A stretch of 64,000 bases of DNA from an uncultured Fibrobacterota bacterium. GTDB lineage: Bacteria > Fibrobacterota > Chitinivibrionia > Chitinivibrionales > FEN-1185. Location of the stretch: the NCBI GenBank assembly GCA_963729895.1, contig CAVSQB010000005.1, positions 128,001-192,000 on the forward strand, read 5' to 3'. The notes under the pieces are model-generated. The model did no database searches. It saw only the letters and a list, made by a program, of their open reading frames with translations, and was not told the origin of the DNA. Positions within the stretch are counted from its first letter, which is position 1, and each line of letters begins with the position of its first letter. The position numbers were made by a program, and so were the translations under genes. Shown in pieces: positions 28,721-38,451 of the stretch.

Positions 28721-30715
28721 ATGTCACAGAAAGTTCGTTTCTCAGGAAGCATCATCTGCTTTGCGGGAGCACTGTTTCTTCTGCACGCGCAGCAGATCAG
28801 TATCTCCGGAATCGTCAATGATGTGGGCGGGAAGGGCATTGCCGGCGCTGTTGTCAGCTTGATAGCGGCGAAGAAGTCGGCGGTAACGGACGTAACCGGC
28901 GCGTATTCCATTTCAGCCGGCTCCACCAATGTCCACCTCGGGCAAAACGAGGCGCCCGTTCGGCAGGCGCCATTTCTAAGGGGAGACGCACTTTGCTTCA
29001 GCATCACGGAGAACGCCTCAAGAGTCAGACTCGATCTGTACACCGTGCTCGGCAGGCATGTCCGGACGGTCTTTGAGAAAAACATGACGGCCGGCGATTA
29101 CCGGATCAATCCATTCACCAAAGATGTTCCATCACAGCTTTATTTCCTGAGAATCCGGATTGGAGACAACTCCACCGTTCTGGCAACGGCCTTGATATCG
29201 GGTGCCGGGCGTTCCGAAGTGATGGTGAACAAGACTGGGAGCGGGACGCACGGAAATCTTGCCAAGACAGGCGCCGCGTTGGATTCGTTCCTGGTAGGCG
29301 CAGTCGGGTATACCACGCTTTCGCAGGCTACCGATGTCTACTCCGGCACAAAGAACTTTACCTTGCAGAAAACCGTTCCCACGGGAGTGGCGCAGGTGAT
29401 ACAAACATCGCAAGCGGGGGACAATCTTGCCATCAAAAGTGTTTTGAATTTCGGCGACGACGATGGCTCTGCGCTGCCCAGCGTGACTATTGACTCCACG
29501 GTCAAATACCAGAGCATTCTCGGATTCGGCGGCGCGTTTACCGAAGCGGCGGTTTACAATCTGAACAATATCGGGCCTGAAAAATCCAATGAAATCCTCA
29601 ACGCGTATTTCAATCCTTATACGGGCGCGGGATATACGGTGTGCCGCACGCCGATTCACAGTTGCGATTTTTCCCTCGGCCAATATACCTATGACGACAC
29701 TGCCAACGATTCCACCCTGAAATACTTTTCCATCCGGCACGAATCGGCGTGGAAGATTCCCCAAATCCGGAATGCCATGAATGTGCCGGGCGCCTCCATA
29801 AAGATTTTCGGTTCGCCCTGGTCGCCGCTGTCGTGGATGAAAACAAACAACAACATGGAAAACGGGGGACAGCTCAAACCTGCGTGTTACGACGTCTGGG
29901 CCCGTTATATCGTGAAGTTCGTCCAGGCGATGGACGACAGCGGCATACCGATATGGGGCCTTACCATGCAGAACGAGCCCGAAGCCGTTCAGACCTGGGA
30001 ATCGTGCATTTACAACCCGCAACAGGAAAGGGACTTTCTCAAGAACAACCTGGGCCCCAAACTGGCGCAGAACGATCTTGACGTGAAAGTCATGATTTGG
30101 GACCACAACAAAGACCACATGGTCATCTGGGCAGACACCATCTTCCGCGACACCGCGGCCGCGAAATATGCGTGGGGCACAGGGTTTCATTGGTATACGG
30201 GAGACCAATTTGACAACGTGGCTGCAACGCACAACAGTTTTCCCTCCAAGCATTTGCTGGCGACCGAAGAAGCGGGTCAACCTGCGCCGGGATACGGAGA
30301 CTGGACGCTGGCAGAGTCCTATGGGCACGACATCATAGGCGACTTGAACAACTGGGCGGAAGGATGGGTTGACTGGAATCTGGTGCTGGATCAAAACGGT
30401 TTACCGCGGCATGATCCAAACACCGGCTGCGCGGCTTCAGTGATTACCGATTTCACAAACGATTCGGTGCATTATAATCCGATGTATTACTACATCGCGC
30501 AGTTCAGCAAATATATACGGCCGGGCGCGGTGAGAATAAGCTGCGTCAATTCGGTACCGAATCTTGAAGCCACTTCATTTGTGAATGCTGACGGCAGGAT
30601 TGTGGTTGTTGCGTTGAACAGGACGGCTAATCCTATATCTTTCAAGATTATGCAGGATTCGGAGATTATCAAGCCGACGGTGCCGGCTCACGCGATTGTC
30701 GATTTTGTTTTCTGA
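28721..30715 (+). CDS. Glycoside hydrolase family 30 (glucosylceramidase-like) with N-terminal carboxypeptidase-regulatory/CTD-like module
   Basis: 'YQSILGFGGAFT', 'R.PIHSCDFS', 'SPWSP..WMKTN', QNEP acid/base, 'FHWY', ATE nucleophile, 'DWNL.LD', 'FSKYIRPGA'. Confidence 0.9.
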   Translation: MSQKVRFSGSIICFAGALFLLHAQQISISGIVNDVGGKGIAGAVVSLIAAKKSAVTDVTGAYSISAGSTNVHLGQNEAPVRQAPFLRGDALCFSITENASRVRLDLYTVLGRHVRTVFEKNMTAGDYRINPFTKDVPSQLYFLRIRIGDNSTVLATALISGAGRSEVMVNKTGSGTHGNLAKTGAALDSFLVGAVGYTTLSQATDVYSGTKNFTLQKTVPTGVAQVIQTSQAGDNLAIKSVLNFGDDDGSALPSVTIDSTVKYQSILGFGGAFTEAAVYNLNNIGPEKSNEILNAYFNPYTGAGYTVCRTPIHSCDFSLGQYTYDDTANDSTLKYFSIRHESAWKIPQIRNAMNVPGASIKIFGSPWSPLSWMKTNNNMENGGQLKPACYDVWARYIVKFVQAMDDSGIPIWGLTMQNEPEAVQTWESCIYNPQQERDFLKNNLGPKLAQNDLDVKVMIWDHNKDHMVIWADTIFRDTAAAKYAWGTGFHWYTGDQFDNVAATHNSFPSKHLLATEEAGQPAPGYGDWTLAESYGHDIIGDLNNWAEGWVDWNLVLDQNGLPRHDPNTGCAASVITDFTNDSVHYNPMYYYIAQFSKYIRPGAVRISCVNSVPNLEATSFVNADGRIVVVALNRTANPISFKIMQDSEIIKPTVPAHAIVDFVF

Positions 30716-30788
30716 AGAATAGAGTAGAAAACGAACCACGAGCCTCGATTATCCTTGAGCGTGTTTGTTGCGTGTGTGAAGACGAGGC

Positions 30789-31655
30789 TCAGCGATCGGG
30801 CTTCCGCGCAAGCAAAACCGAAAACGCCGCCTTGAACGGTCCCTGCGTCTCTTCCTCGGCGGTCCCTGCGTGACCGCCACCGCCGCCGCTATGCATTCCG
30901 CCGCCTCCGCCGTGCATTCCTCTGCCTCCGCCGCCCATCCCGCCGCCTCCACCACCCATGCCGCCGCCTTGCGAACCGGGCATTTCGGACGAGCCGCCCT
31001 GGCCGCCGGCGTGATTTTCTCCGGCGTCCGGCACGGTCATCTCGAACGTAATGGACAGAAGCGAATCGTTGCCGATGTCAATGGCGTATTTTGCCGACGA
31101 ATCCTCGCGCAGCGCCACCTTTAATTTGTAAACCAGGTTTTCCTCCGAGGAAAGAATGCGGACCCCAATGCCGAGCGATTCGGCAATAGCGGTCTTGACA
31201 GGAACGCTGTCGTCTTTTTCCGGGCCCAGGAGCTCCATTTCCTGAAAAGCGAGATCGAACATCGCTTTCTTGTCATGTACATCGGGCCGCCTGCCGCGAA
31301 TCGATCCCGATCCCGCTCCGTTGCCCATCATTCCCATTGGATACCGGATGCCGAACCGCTTGCCTTTTTTCGATTTGCTGGTGAACCACGTGGTAAAACC
31401 ATACCGCAGCAATTGGCTGTTCTCGGAACGTTTCCACGAGGTCATGCACAGATAAAGGTTTCTGCCGTCATTCTTCACGCCGATGCCGAATTGAGGGTCC
31501 GCAGGATACTTTGTTGCGTCTTTCCATTGGCCGGGGTTTGTGTCCATTGCGGGTTCGGAATCCGTCCACGTGCTTTGAACGACGACGGGAGGTTCGCAGG
31601 TAGTAAGCAGCGACAGGACCGCAAACCATGAGATTACGAGCATGTTCTTTCTCAC
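30789..31655 (-). CDS. Hypothetical lipoprotein with Gly/Met-rich low-complexity C-terminal segment
   Basis: GGAGGT SD before GTG 31655; lipobox-like LLTTC; GGGMGGGG repeats. Confidence 0.65.
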   Translation of the reverse strand: MRKNMLVISWFAVLSLLTTCEPPVVVQSTWTDSEPAMDTNPGQWKDATKYPADPQFGIGVKNDGRNLYLCMTSWKRSENSQLLRYGFTTWFTSKSKKGKRFGIRYPMGMMGNGAGSGSIRGRRPDVHDKKAMFDLAFQEMELLGPEKDDSVPVKTAIAESLGIGVRILSSEENLVYKLKVALREDSSAKYAIDIGNDSLLSITFEMTVPDAGENHAGGQGGSSEMPGSQGGGMGGGGGGMGGGGRGMHGGGGGMHSGGGGGHAGTAEEETQGPFKAAFSVLLARKPDR

Positions 31656-31769
31656 AGATGACCTCCACGGAATCCTATGCACGGTGACAAATAATTTAGA
31701 CCGCGGCGGGGGTGCGGATGTTACGGGAACCCGGCTGGTCGTCCCACGGGGTAAAGCGAAAGCAGGAAA

Positions 31770-31816
31770 GAAATAACAACGAAGCCTCCGCCCCGGACAG
31801 GGTAGAGGCTTTTGTT
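31770..31816 (-). terminator. Probable terminator downstream of the CBM gene
   Basis: AAGCCTC...GAGGCTT stem with T-rich tails on both strands. Confidence 0.45.
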
Positions 31817-31842
31817 AAGAATGTGCAGGGATGCCAAGCCGG

Positions 31843-32982
31843 TCAGGGAACAAAGAACTTCTCGCACGCGACCGCGTGTTTATCAATAGTCAATTGCGCA
31901 CAATAGACGCCGGTTGCCGCGCGGTCCCACGTAAAAGCCGTGCCGGAACCCAGATCGGCTATGCAACGGCCCTTGAGGTCAACAATGTGCAGATTGACCC
32001 GCTGGGGACAGGAAAAATAGACTGGTCCGGACGTTTCTTCAATGCGGAGAGCCCCGGCTGAGACGGAGGCGATACCATTCCGCACGCGAGCCGGCGGATC
32101 AAAACTGCCTGTCAATACCACTTTCGCTTGCGTTTGACCCTGTGCAAACGAGATGGTGTCGCCAACGGAAATCGTCGGCGCCGAAACGGTGACGGAAAGG
32201 GTAACCAGCAATTTTGTAAAACCCGGGTTCCACACCGCGCCGCCGATGGTGCCGAACCCGCTGAGCCAGGTGTGACCGCTTGACAATGGGAAAAGCGAAT
32301 CTATGTTGAGCGCGGTCACGGTGACATTGTTAACTGCCTTGTCAAACGTGAGCAGCACGTAATCGTCGTTGTCAATGCCCGGCTGCAGGATGACATTGTC
32401 GCTCGCAACGGCGGAAATAAGGCTGGGGGGAACAGCCGGATGGAGCTGGAAGGACAAGTCGTCGAACCAGGCCGTGCCGGTGTCGCCGGCCGCCGCGGTG
32501 CATTCAAGGTATACCTGGGCGGTTACGGCATTGGCAGGTGCGGCAAAAGTTTGGGATAGGTTCGTCCAGGGATGGGTGCCAGTAAGCTTGCCTACCGTGT
32601 CTATTTTGATGTATCCGGCCGGCACTTGGTTGTTAGTAGGGTTCAAGGAGTCAAACCATAAAATCATGATTTGGGCCGTGGAACCGGCTATGGCGTCGGT
32701 TTTCAGCCAACCGGAAGCGTCGTATAATGTTCCCGCGGCGACCGTGTCTGTTGCGGTCTGCCATACTGCACGCGGGAAGGCAACTCCCGGAATGATCATT
32801 TGCTCGCTGTGGGTCCCGGTGTGAGCGACGTTATTGACAATTGAGCGTCCGCCGCTCGTGCTCATCTGCCAGGCCGCGTCGCCGTTTTCAAAACTCGGAT
32901 TGATCAGAAGGTTCTGGGCATTAAGGTTGAAAAGTGCAAGGAGTAAACATGCAGGAACGCGACAGAGAAGGTGTTTGATCAT
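31843..32982 (-). CDS. Secreted CBM4/9-like carbohydrate-binding protein with C-terminal sorting domain
   Basis: 'NLLINPSFE', 'AHTG', 'AWFDD' CBM4_9-like pattern; CTD 'DLKGRCIA...TGVYCAQL'; GGAGG SD. Confidence 0.7.
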   Translation of the reverse strand: MIKHLLCRVPACLLLALFNLNAQNLLINPSFENGDAAWQMSTSGGRSIVNNVAHTGTHSEQMIIPGVAFPRAVWQTATDTVAAGTLYDASGWLKTDAIAGSTAQIMILWFDSLNPTNNQVPAGYIKIDTVGKLTGTHPWTNLSQTFAAPANAVTAQVYLECTAAAGDTGTAWFDDLSFQLHPAVPPSLISAVASDNVILQPGIDNDDYVLLTFDKAVNNVTVTALNIDSLFPLSSGHTWLSGFGTIGGAVWNPGFTKLLVTLSVTVSAPTISVGDTISFAQGQTQAKVVLTGSFDPPARVRNGIASVSAGALRIEETSGPVYFSCPQRVNLHIVDLKGRCIADLGSGTAFTWDRAATGVYCAQLTIDKHAVACEKFFVP

Positions 32983-33209
32983 GGCGCCCTCCGGGGAAAA
33001 GGTGGACCGCCGGAACGTTTCTATCTTCGGGTGATTTCCCGCTTGTTCTCGACTGCAACCTTTTTGATCGTACCATGTTTGCTGGTCGAATGTCAAGAAA
33101 CCGCGGCCCGAAGGGCGGTTGGCCTCTGGCGGCCAACCTTTGGCAGCCTATGTTTTTTCACTATCAGGATTGTGTTTGGTGTTACAAACTGCAAAGGACA
33201 CGGCCGCGC

Positions 33210-35072
33210 CTATCTGACGGCCGTTACTCTTTGCAAAGCTGCGCCCGCATGTTCCTGAATCAAATAAATTCCCTCATCCGCGAACGACTGCTTGGTGACT
33301 CTATGCCCCGCCACGTCATATACTCTTAAATCCTTTTTTGCCTGCATGTACTTGAACAAGAGCGTTACCGTGATCGGGTTGGAAAAGGCAAGGCGCTGCC
33401 GGGGAGCCGCATTTCCTTTGGAAGAACGGACCTGGTTTGCCGCATACTGGTACGCGCCCACGTCCCATGCGCCGGAGGCCGGCCTGGCCCTTCCATTTAT
33501 GTCAACTCCCATTCCGGGAAGAATGTAGCCTGCGTCAAACATGTTCTGTCCGTGGCCTATAAGCCATGAACCCGCGACCGGCATTCCATTGGCATCCACC
33601 ACACTGAGCGGGCCAGGATCGGCGCTTGAATTGGCGTCGCAGTTACAGGCGGATTGCCAGGTGGCGAAATTGCTGACGTCCACGCCGAATCCCCAGAACG
33701 CGTTGTACGATCCGGCATAATAGCCGTAGAAGTCGTTGTCAGGCAGATGCGTCCAGGAGTCCGATGCCGATCCACCGATCAACGTGTTTTCGCCGCTCAG
33801 GAGATTGTTTCGCACGTCAAGCCCTTTTGACTGGGCTGCCGGCAATCCGGAAACGCCTCCCAATCCCGCTCCTCCCACATTAAAGAGCCCCGCTCCGGCG
33901 GCAGGATCGTTGCCGATCAACGTGTTGTTGAACACAACGCCGGGACCTGTGATCGTGAAGAGTGTGTGGGTCCTTGGCGGATTGTCGGTACATCGGAAGA
34001 GGTTGCCGTAGATAAAAGCATTCGGACCGGAAAAGTTTTGTGTCCAGGGCGTCCGGCCCGTATTGTTATACCCGCCTTCCAGAAAGACATGTTCGTTAAA
34101 ATTCCCGCCGCAGTCTCCGTCAAACCGGTTGTTGTAAACGTAAAGTCCTGTGAACGACCCCCAGGTTGAGGCGCCGGAAAGTTCGGCGGAATTCCAGGAA
34201 TGGATGCCGTCATGATGAAACATGTTGTTGGGAGAGTCCCAGTTGGCGTAATCATGGAAATAATTGTCATGCACGTACTCCCGGGAGGCCGTTCCCGTAG
34301 TGTTGCTCGCAAGCGTGAAGTCATGATCGTTGTTGTAAAACTCGTTGTGGTCCACCGTGTTATTGCTGTCCCCGGCGTTATACCCGTGACTCAGCGCCCA
34401 GCGGATATCATGCAAGACGCAATGATCCACGCGCCAGTTGCTTCCGCTGATCGCCATTCCCACATCGCCATCCATGTCGGTGGTGTCGTTGTAGGAGGTG
34501 CGAAGATAAATGTTTCGTATGATAAGATTTTTGATTTCGCAGTTGCTGCAATTACCCGCTCCGATCCCGATACTCCATTGCTGGTGTCCAAGGCCGGTCC
34601 CGTTGTCCGTGTCCTGGATAATGCCGTTTGGAAGGCCTTGGGCCGTGGCCCCGCCGTCGATGACGATCCAGGAGTTTGCATTGGTGGCAATGGCCCCGTC
34701 GCCTTGAGAATTCCCGTTGATGAAGACCGGTGATTGCAGGATGGCCCCCGACTCAAATTTGATGAAGATGGGGCTGTCGCTCGTCCCGCTGCCGTTTACA
34801 AGCAATCCGTTCCTGGTTGCCGGGAACGAGAATACCCCGCACAGATGCAGGGTATCTCCCGGACCTATTTTGCCCGCTGCGCTGCCCCAGTTTCCTGCCG
34901 CATTGAACCAGGCGGCAGCGTGGGCATTGGCCGGACTGGTGCCGTCATCAGTACCCCGACTGGTCTGGGCAATGTAAATGCTTTCTCCTTCCGCCGACCC
35001 GCTCAAGAGAAATCCCAGGAAAGCCAGTCGAACCAAAAGTCTGCCAGTCTCACTTCTTGACATGAAGAGCAT
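33210..35072 (-). CDS. Secreted beta-helix protein with choice-of-anchor-Q-like motif and C-terminal sorting domain
   Basis: 'GDTLHL', Asn-rich parallel-beta repeats, 'DINGRARP...WDVGAYQY', CTD 'VYDVAG...GIYLI'. Confidence 0.75.
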   Translation of the reverse strand: MLFMSRSETGRLLVRLAFLGFLLSGSAEGESIYIAQTSRGTDDGTSPANAHAAAWFNAAGNWGSAAGKIGPGDTLHLCGVFSFPATRNGLLVNGSGTSDSPIFIKFESGAILQSPVFINGNSQGDGAIATNANSWIVIDGGATAQGLPNGIIQDTDNGTGLGHQQWSIGIGAGNCSNCEIKNLIIRNIYLRTSYNDTTDMDGDVGMAISGSNWRVDHCVLHDIRWALSHGYNAGDSNNTVDHNEFYNNDHDFTLASNTTGTASREYVHDNYFHDYANWDSPNNMFHHDGIHSWNSAELSGASTWGSFTGLYVYNNRFDGDCGGNFNEHVFLEGGYNNTGRTPWTQNFSGPNAFIYGNLFRCTDNPPRTHTLFTITGPGVVFNNTLIGNDPAAGAGLFNVGGAGLGGVSGLPAAQSKGLDVRNNLLSGENTLIGGSASDSWTHLPDNDFYGYYAGSYNAFWGFGVDVSNFATWQSACNCDANSSADPGPLSVVDANGMPVAGSWLIGHGQNMFDAGYILPGMGVDINGRARPASGAWDVGAYQYAANQVRSSKGNAAPRQRLAFSNPITVTLLFKYMQAKKDLRVYDVAGHRVTKQSFADEGIYLIQEHAGAALQRVTAVR

Positions 35073-35143
35073 ATTCCCTCCTGTTCGCGGCAGGCATTGC
35101 GAATCTCGCTCAAGGCCCGTGGTAGTTCAGCGGCTTACCCTAG

Positions 35144-36455
35144 CAGGTTGTTGAAATAGTCCTAACAGAAGCGCTCTTGTTGATTTTTTATGAACCTAAC
35201 TTCAACTTTACATATGTCAGAGAGGTTTTACCTGCCTCGTTCCGAGGCATTTCCCCGGATTCCCAGGCCATTCTCATGCTGCCCCCACCGTTTGCGGCAT
35301 CAACTTAACCATGCGTATCAAGTTGTACGCTGCGGCAACCACGTAGGCAACAGTCTGGTTGATTCGTATTCCTCTTACCCGAGTTTTCCGCAGGCCACCG
35401 ACGCTCTTGATCCACCCAAATATCTCTTCAACCCGTTTTCGTTTCCTTTGACTTACGCTGTATCCCTTATGCCGAGTCGTTCTTCCATCCAACCCTTTAA
35501 GCGAAGTGTTGGCCTTCTCGGCAATGTGAGGCTTCACGTGCAGGCGTCGCAGGCTCTTGATAAATTCGGTTGCATGATACCCTTTGTCTGCACCCACCGT
35601 CTTCATCCGGCGTTTTCCGCGCCTGCGTTCATGCTTTATCAGCTCAAGCGCCATATCCCGTTCCGCTGTCCCCGTCGCTGGCGCAATGGCGATATCAACA
35701 CACAACCCATTTCGGTTTTCCATCAGCACGTGACCGGAATACGCCAGCTGCGCTCCCGTTCTCTTGTTCTTCCGAGCCAACAGCGCCTCTGGATCGGTCG
35801 AACTCTGATGTGTCTCATTGCTTCGCTTCTCATGGTGGAAATCAACCGACGGATTACTCCGATCATCGTCAGTCTTGTTCGCCGATTCCGCGTCTTTTCG
35901 CTTGAAGCTCTTCATCGATGCCCAGGCTTCAATCAACGTGCCGTCAACCGTGAAATGCTCATCGGACAACAACTCTTCGGAACGAGCAAGACGCACGATT
36001 TCCTGCATCAGCCGGTGCGCAATCTCCTGTTCCATAAGTCGATCTCGGTTCTTCGAAAACACACTATGATCAAACGATGCCGCATCCAGATCCATGTCAA
36101 GAAACCATCGGAACAGAATGTTATAGTCCAGCATCTCGCAAAACAACCGGTCCGACCGTATCGAAAACAAAGCCATCAATATCTGTGCTTTCAAAAGCCA
36201 TTCCGGCGGTATCGAAGGGCGTCCCATCCGGCTGTACATCGCCTCAAAGTCACGAGAAAGGCGGCGCAGCGCTATGTCCGTAAACTGTTTGACACGACGA
36301 AGCGGGTGCGTTGCCGGCACTCGGGAATCCGGAGAAACGAAGCTGAACATACCGCCTTGGGCTGGCTGGGAACCTCTCATCAATACTCCTTGGTTGGGGT
36401 TCCCCTATAATATAAGGATAAATGTTTACAAAAGGGAGACTTTTTCAACACCCTG
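35144..36455 (-). mobile_element. IS5-family insertion sequence, 1312 bp, with CTAG target duplication
   Basis: Terminal IRs CAGGTTGTTGAAATAGTC / CAGGGTGTTGAAAAAGTC (16/18 match); CTAG at 35140-35143 and 36456-36459. Confidence 0.92.
35274..36380 (-). CDS. IS5-family DDE transposase
   Basis: 'HPLR', 'GRPSIPPE.LL', 'VDGTLI', 'TDPEA', 'GADKGY', 'R.RVEEIFG..K', 'AAYNL'. Confidence 0.93.
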   Translation of the reverse strand: MRGSQPAQGGMFSFVSPDSRVPATHPLRRVKQFTDIALRRLSRDFEAMYSRMGRPSIPPEWLLKAQILMALFSIRSDRLFCEMLDYNILFRWFLDMDLDAASFDHSVFSKNRDRLMEQEIAHRLMQEIVRLARSEELLSDEHFTVDGTLIEAWASMKSFKRKDAESANKTDDDRSNPSVDFHHEKRSNETHQSSTDPEALLARKNKRTGAQLAYSGHVLMENRNGLCVDIAIAPATGTAERDMALELIKHERRRGKRRMKTVGADKGYHATEFIKSLRRLHVKPHIAEKANTSLKGLDGRTTRHKGYSVSQRKRKRVEEIFGWIKSVGGLRKTRVRGIRINQTVAYVVAAAYNLIRMVKLMPQTVGAA

Positions 36456-36764
36456 CTAGGCGCTTCCCGTCAGCCAAAATAGCTTTTCAAACGCGGGAAT
36501 ACAAGAAATGGGCACAGTGGTTTGCAGACGTCCTGCTCCATGCAGCGCCGGCATTTGCTTTCTATACGCAAGAACACCTATATTTTCATTTGTAGAGTTT
36601 TGCAACTTATCCGCGTGTGCCTTTATCCTCAATCCCGAGGAGAATCGGCGGAAACACGAGGAAATCAGGTACGGTTTATTCTCAACGCAATCCGGTTGAC
36701 GCTTCTTTTCTACAGGCACTTTTCTCGGGCCGATAATATCTCTTGTGAAAGCAGGGAGGAATTC

Positions 36765-38393
36765 ATGAAGGCTGCTCAAAGGCTTTTCGGATTATGGAGG
36801 CTTGGATCGGTAGGAATCGGTGTCATGATCCTCTCACAAACCGTGGCCGCTAGGTTCGACAACCCACTGCCGGTCATGACCCTCACCGGAACGCGAGGAC
36901 TGAGCCAGACCGGTTCGGCAGAGACAATGGGATTCGGAAGGCTGACCTTTTCGCTTTTCGGGTCCTGGTATGTCCAGTCCGAGGAATATCCCCTGACGCC
37001 CAACAACGGCGCGAACGTTTACACAGGCAACGCCGCGTTCTCCTTTGGCGTTAATCCATACATCGATGTCTTTGCATCTGCGTATATGTATGCCATGCAA
37101 AATTACGATACCACACATTCGGTCGGCCTTGGTACGATTCAGGCCGGGGTCCAGGGAACGCTACCCTTTCCCGATACCATGCCGGTACGGCTGGGCGCCC
37201 AGGCGCTGATTTTCGCAGGCACCAGCAACAACCAGATCAACGGCAACGGTGCCGACGGATACAATTACTTTGAAACGCGGAACGGATACGATTTTGCGGC
37301 AAAGCTGCTGGAAAGCATTCTTCTGGGCAACGAATCGCATGCGTTCAAGATGCATTTTAACGAGGGGTTTGTCGGTTCGCTGCAACAGGGCAAGGGACTT
37401 CTGATGCTTCTTGCAGCCGGGATCCAGGTAAACGCCTTTCCCGTAATCGCGTTGGGCGTGGAAATCAACTCCCGAACGTTCACCGATCATATCGCCATCA
37501 TGACCGATCCTTTGTGGGTCACGCCTACTCTGTGCTTCAGAACGCCATACTATTTCAACATTCTCATAGGCGCCGATGTTGCGTTATCGCAGCAGCGCGA
37601 ACAGCCCGCGACGGCGCTCAGGGCTTTGGAACCCTATCGCGTTTTCGGCGCAATAACCTTTTCGTTTGACCTGATGGCGCATCAGAGAGCGGCTGCAAAG
37701 GAGAAGGAACGGCAGGAAGCGCTTGAAAAGGAGCGACTCAAAGCCGAGGCCGACAGCCTGAACATGCTGCAGAAACGGGAAGCTGAAGAAAAGGTGCGTC
37801 TTATGGCAAGAGCGGACAGCCTGGCCCAGAAAGCCCATGAAGATTCTCTCTCACATCTCAAGCAGGCGCAAGCGGAACGCCAGCGCGCCGATTCGCTGAC
37901 CCGTGTCGCCGATTCGCTCGCGAAGAAATCCCGCGTCGATTCAGTCGCCCTTGCGGATTCGAGGCGCCAGGTCGAAGAACAACGGTCCAGGCTCTCCGAC
38001 GCCGAAAAACAACTCCTGTCGACCGGCCTGTTGCTGCTTGATGCGGTCTATTTCTCGTCTGGAAAGACCGACATTTCCATCAACTCAAAACCCTACCTTA
38101 ACATCATCGGGAAGATGCTGACCAAGTATCCGAAGCTTGTCCTGGAGGTCGGCGGCCATACCGACAACATCGGCGGCCTCTCCTCCAACATGAGGCTCAG
38201 CCAGGCGCGCGCCGAATCGGTCCGCTATTATCTGATTACCGTGGCGCCCGAACTGGCAACCCGCTTGACCGCAACCGGCTATGGCCCCAGCCAGCCGAAA
38301 GCGGACAACACTACGGCCGAGGGCAGGCAGATGAATCGCCGGGTGGAATTGAAAGTGCTTAATAGGGAAGTGCTCAAAGAATACAATCAATAG
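36765..38393 (+). CDS. OmpA-family outer-membrane protein (N-terminal barrel, coiled-coil linker, OmpA-C domain)
   Basis: 'VYFSSGK', 'GHTDNIG', 'N.RLSQARAESV', 'GYG', 'NRRVE'; ADSL-rich linker; GGGAGG SD. Confidence 0.9.
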   Translation: MKAAQRLFGLWRLGSVGIGVMILSQTVAARFDNPLPVMTLTGTRGLSQTGSAETMGFGRLTFSLFGSWYVQSEEYPLTPNNGANVYTGNAAFSFGVNPYIDVFASAYMYAMQNYDTTHSVGLGTIQAGVQGTLPFPDTMPVRLGAQALIFAGTSNNQINGNGADGYNYFETRNGYDFAAKLLESILLGNESHAFKMHFNEGFVGSLQQGKGLLMLLAAGIQVNAFPVIALGVEINSRTFTDHIAIMTDPLWVTPTLCFRTPYYFNILIGADVALSQQREQPATALRALEPYRVFGAITFSFDLMAHQRAAAKEKERQEALEKERLKAEADSLNMLQKREAEEKVRLMARADSLAQKAHEDSLSHLKQAQAERQRADSLTRVADSLAKKSRVDSVALADSRRQVEEQRSRLSDAEKQLLSTGLLLLDAVYFSSGKTDISINSKPYLNIIGKMLTKYPKLVLEVGGHTDNIGGLSSNMRLSQARAESVRYYLITVAPELATRLTATGYGPSQPKADNTTAEGRQMNRRVELKVLNREVLKEYNQ

Positions 38394-38451
38394 TGATCGC
38401 CGAATCGAATCTTGTTTGGCAAGGGCGTGCAAAATTGACAAACGAGGCTCC

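Noticed and set aside
26061..30394. Minus-strand ORFs of 657 aa and 420 aa
   Set aside because: Antisense shadows of the GH2 and GH30 genes.
30870..30970. GCC-rich tandem repeat as a non-coding element
   Set aside because: It encodes the Gly/Met-rich tail of the lipoprotein at 30789-31655.
35090..36480. Riboswitch split by the IS5 insertion (rejoined ...GCGCCTAGGGTAAGCC... on the minus strand)
   Set aside because: Only a superficial CTAGGGT resemblance to guanidine-I; the other consensus elements are absent.
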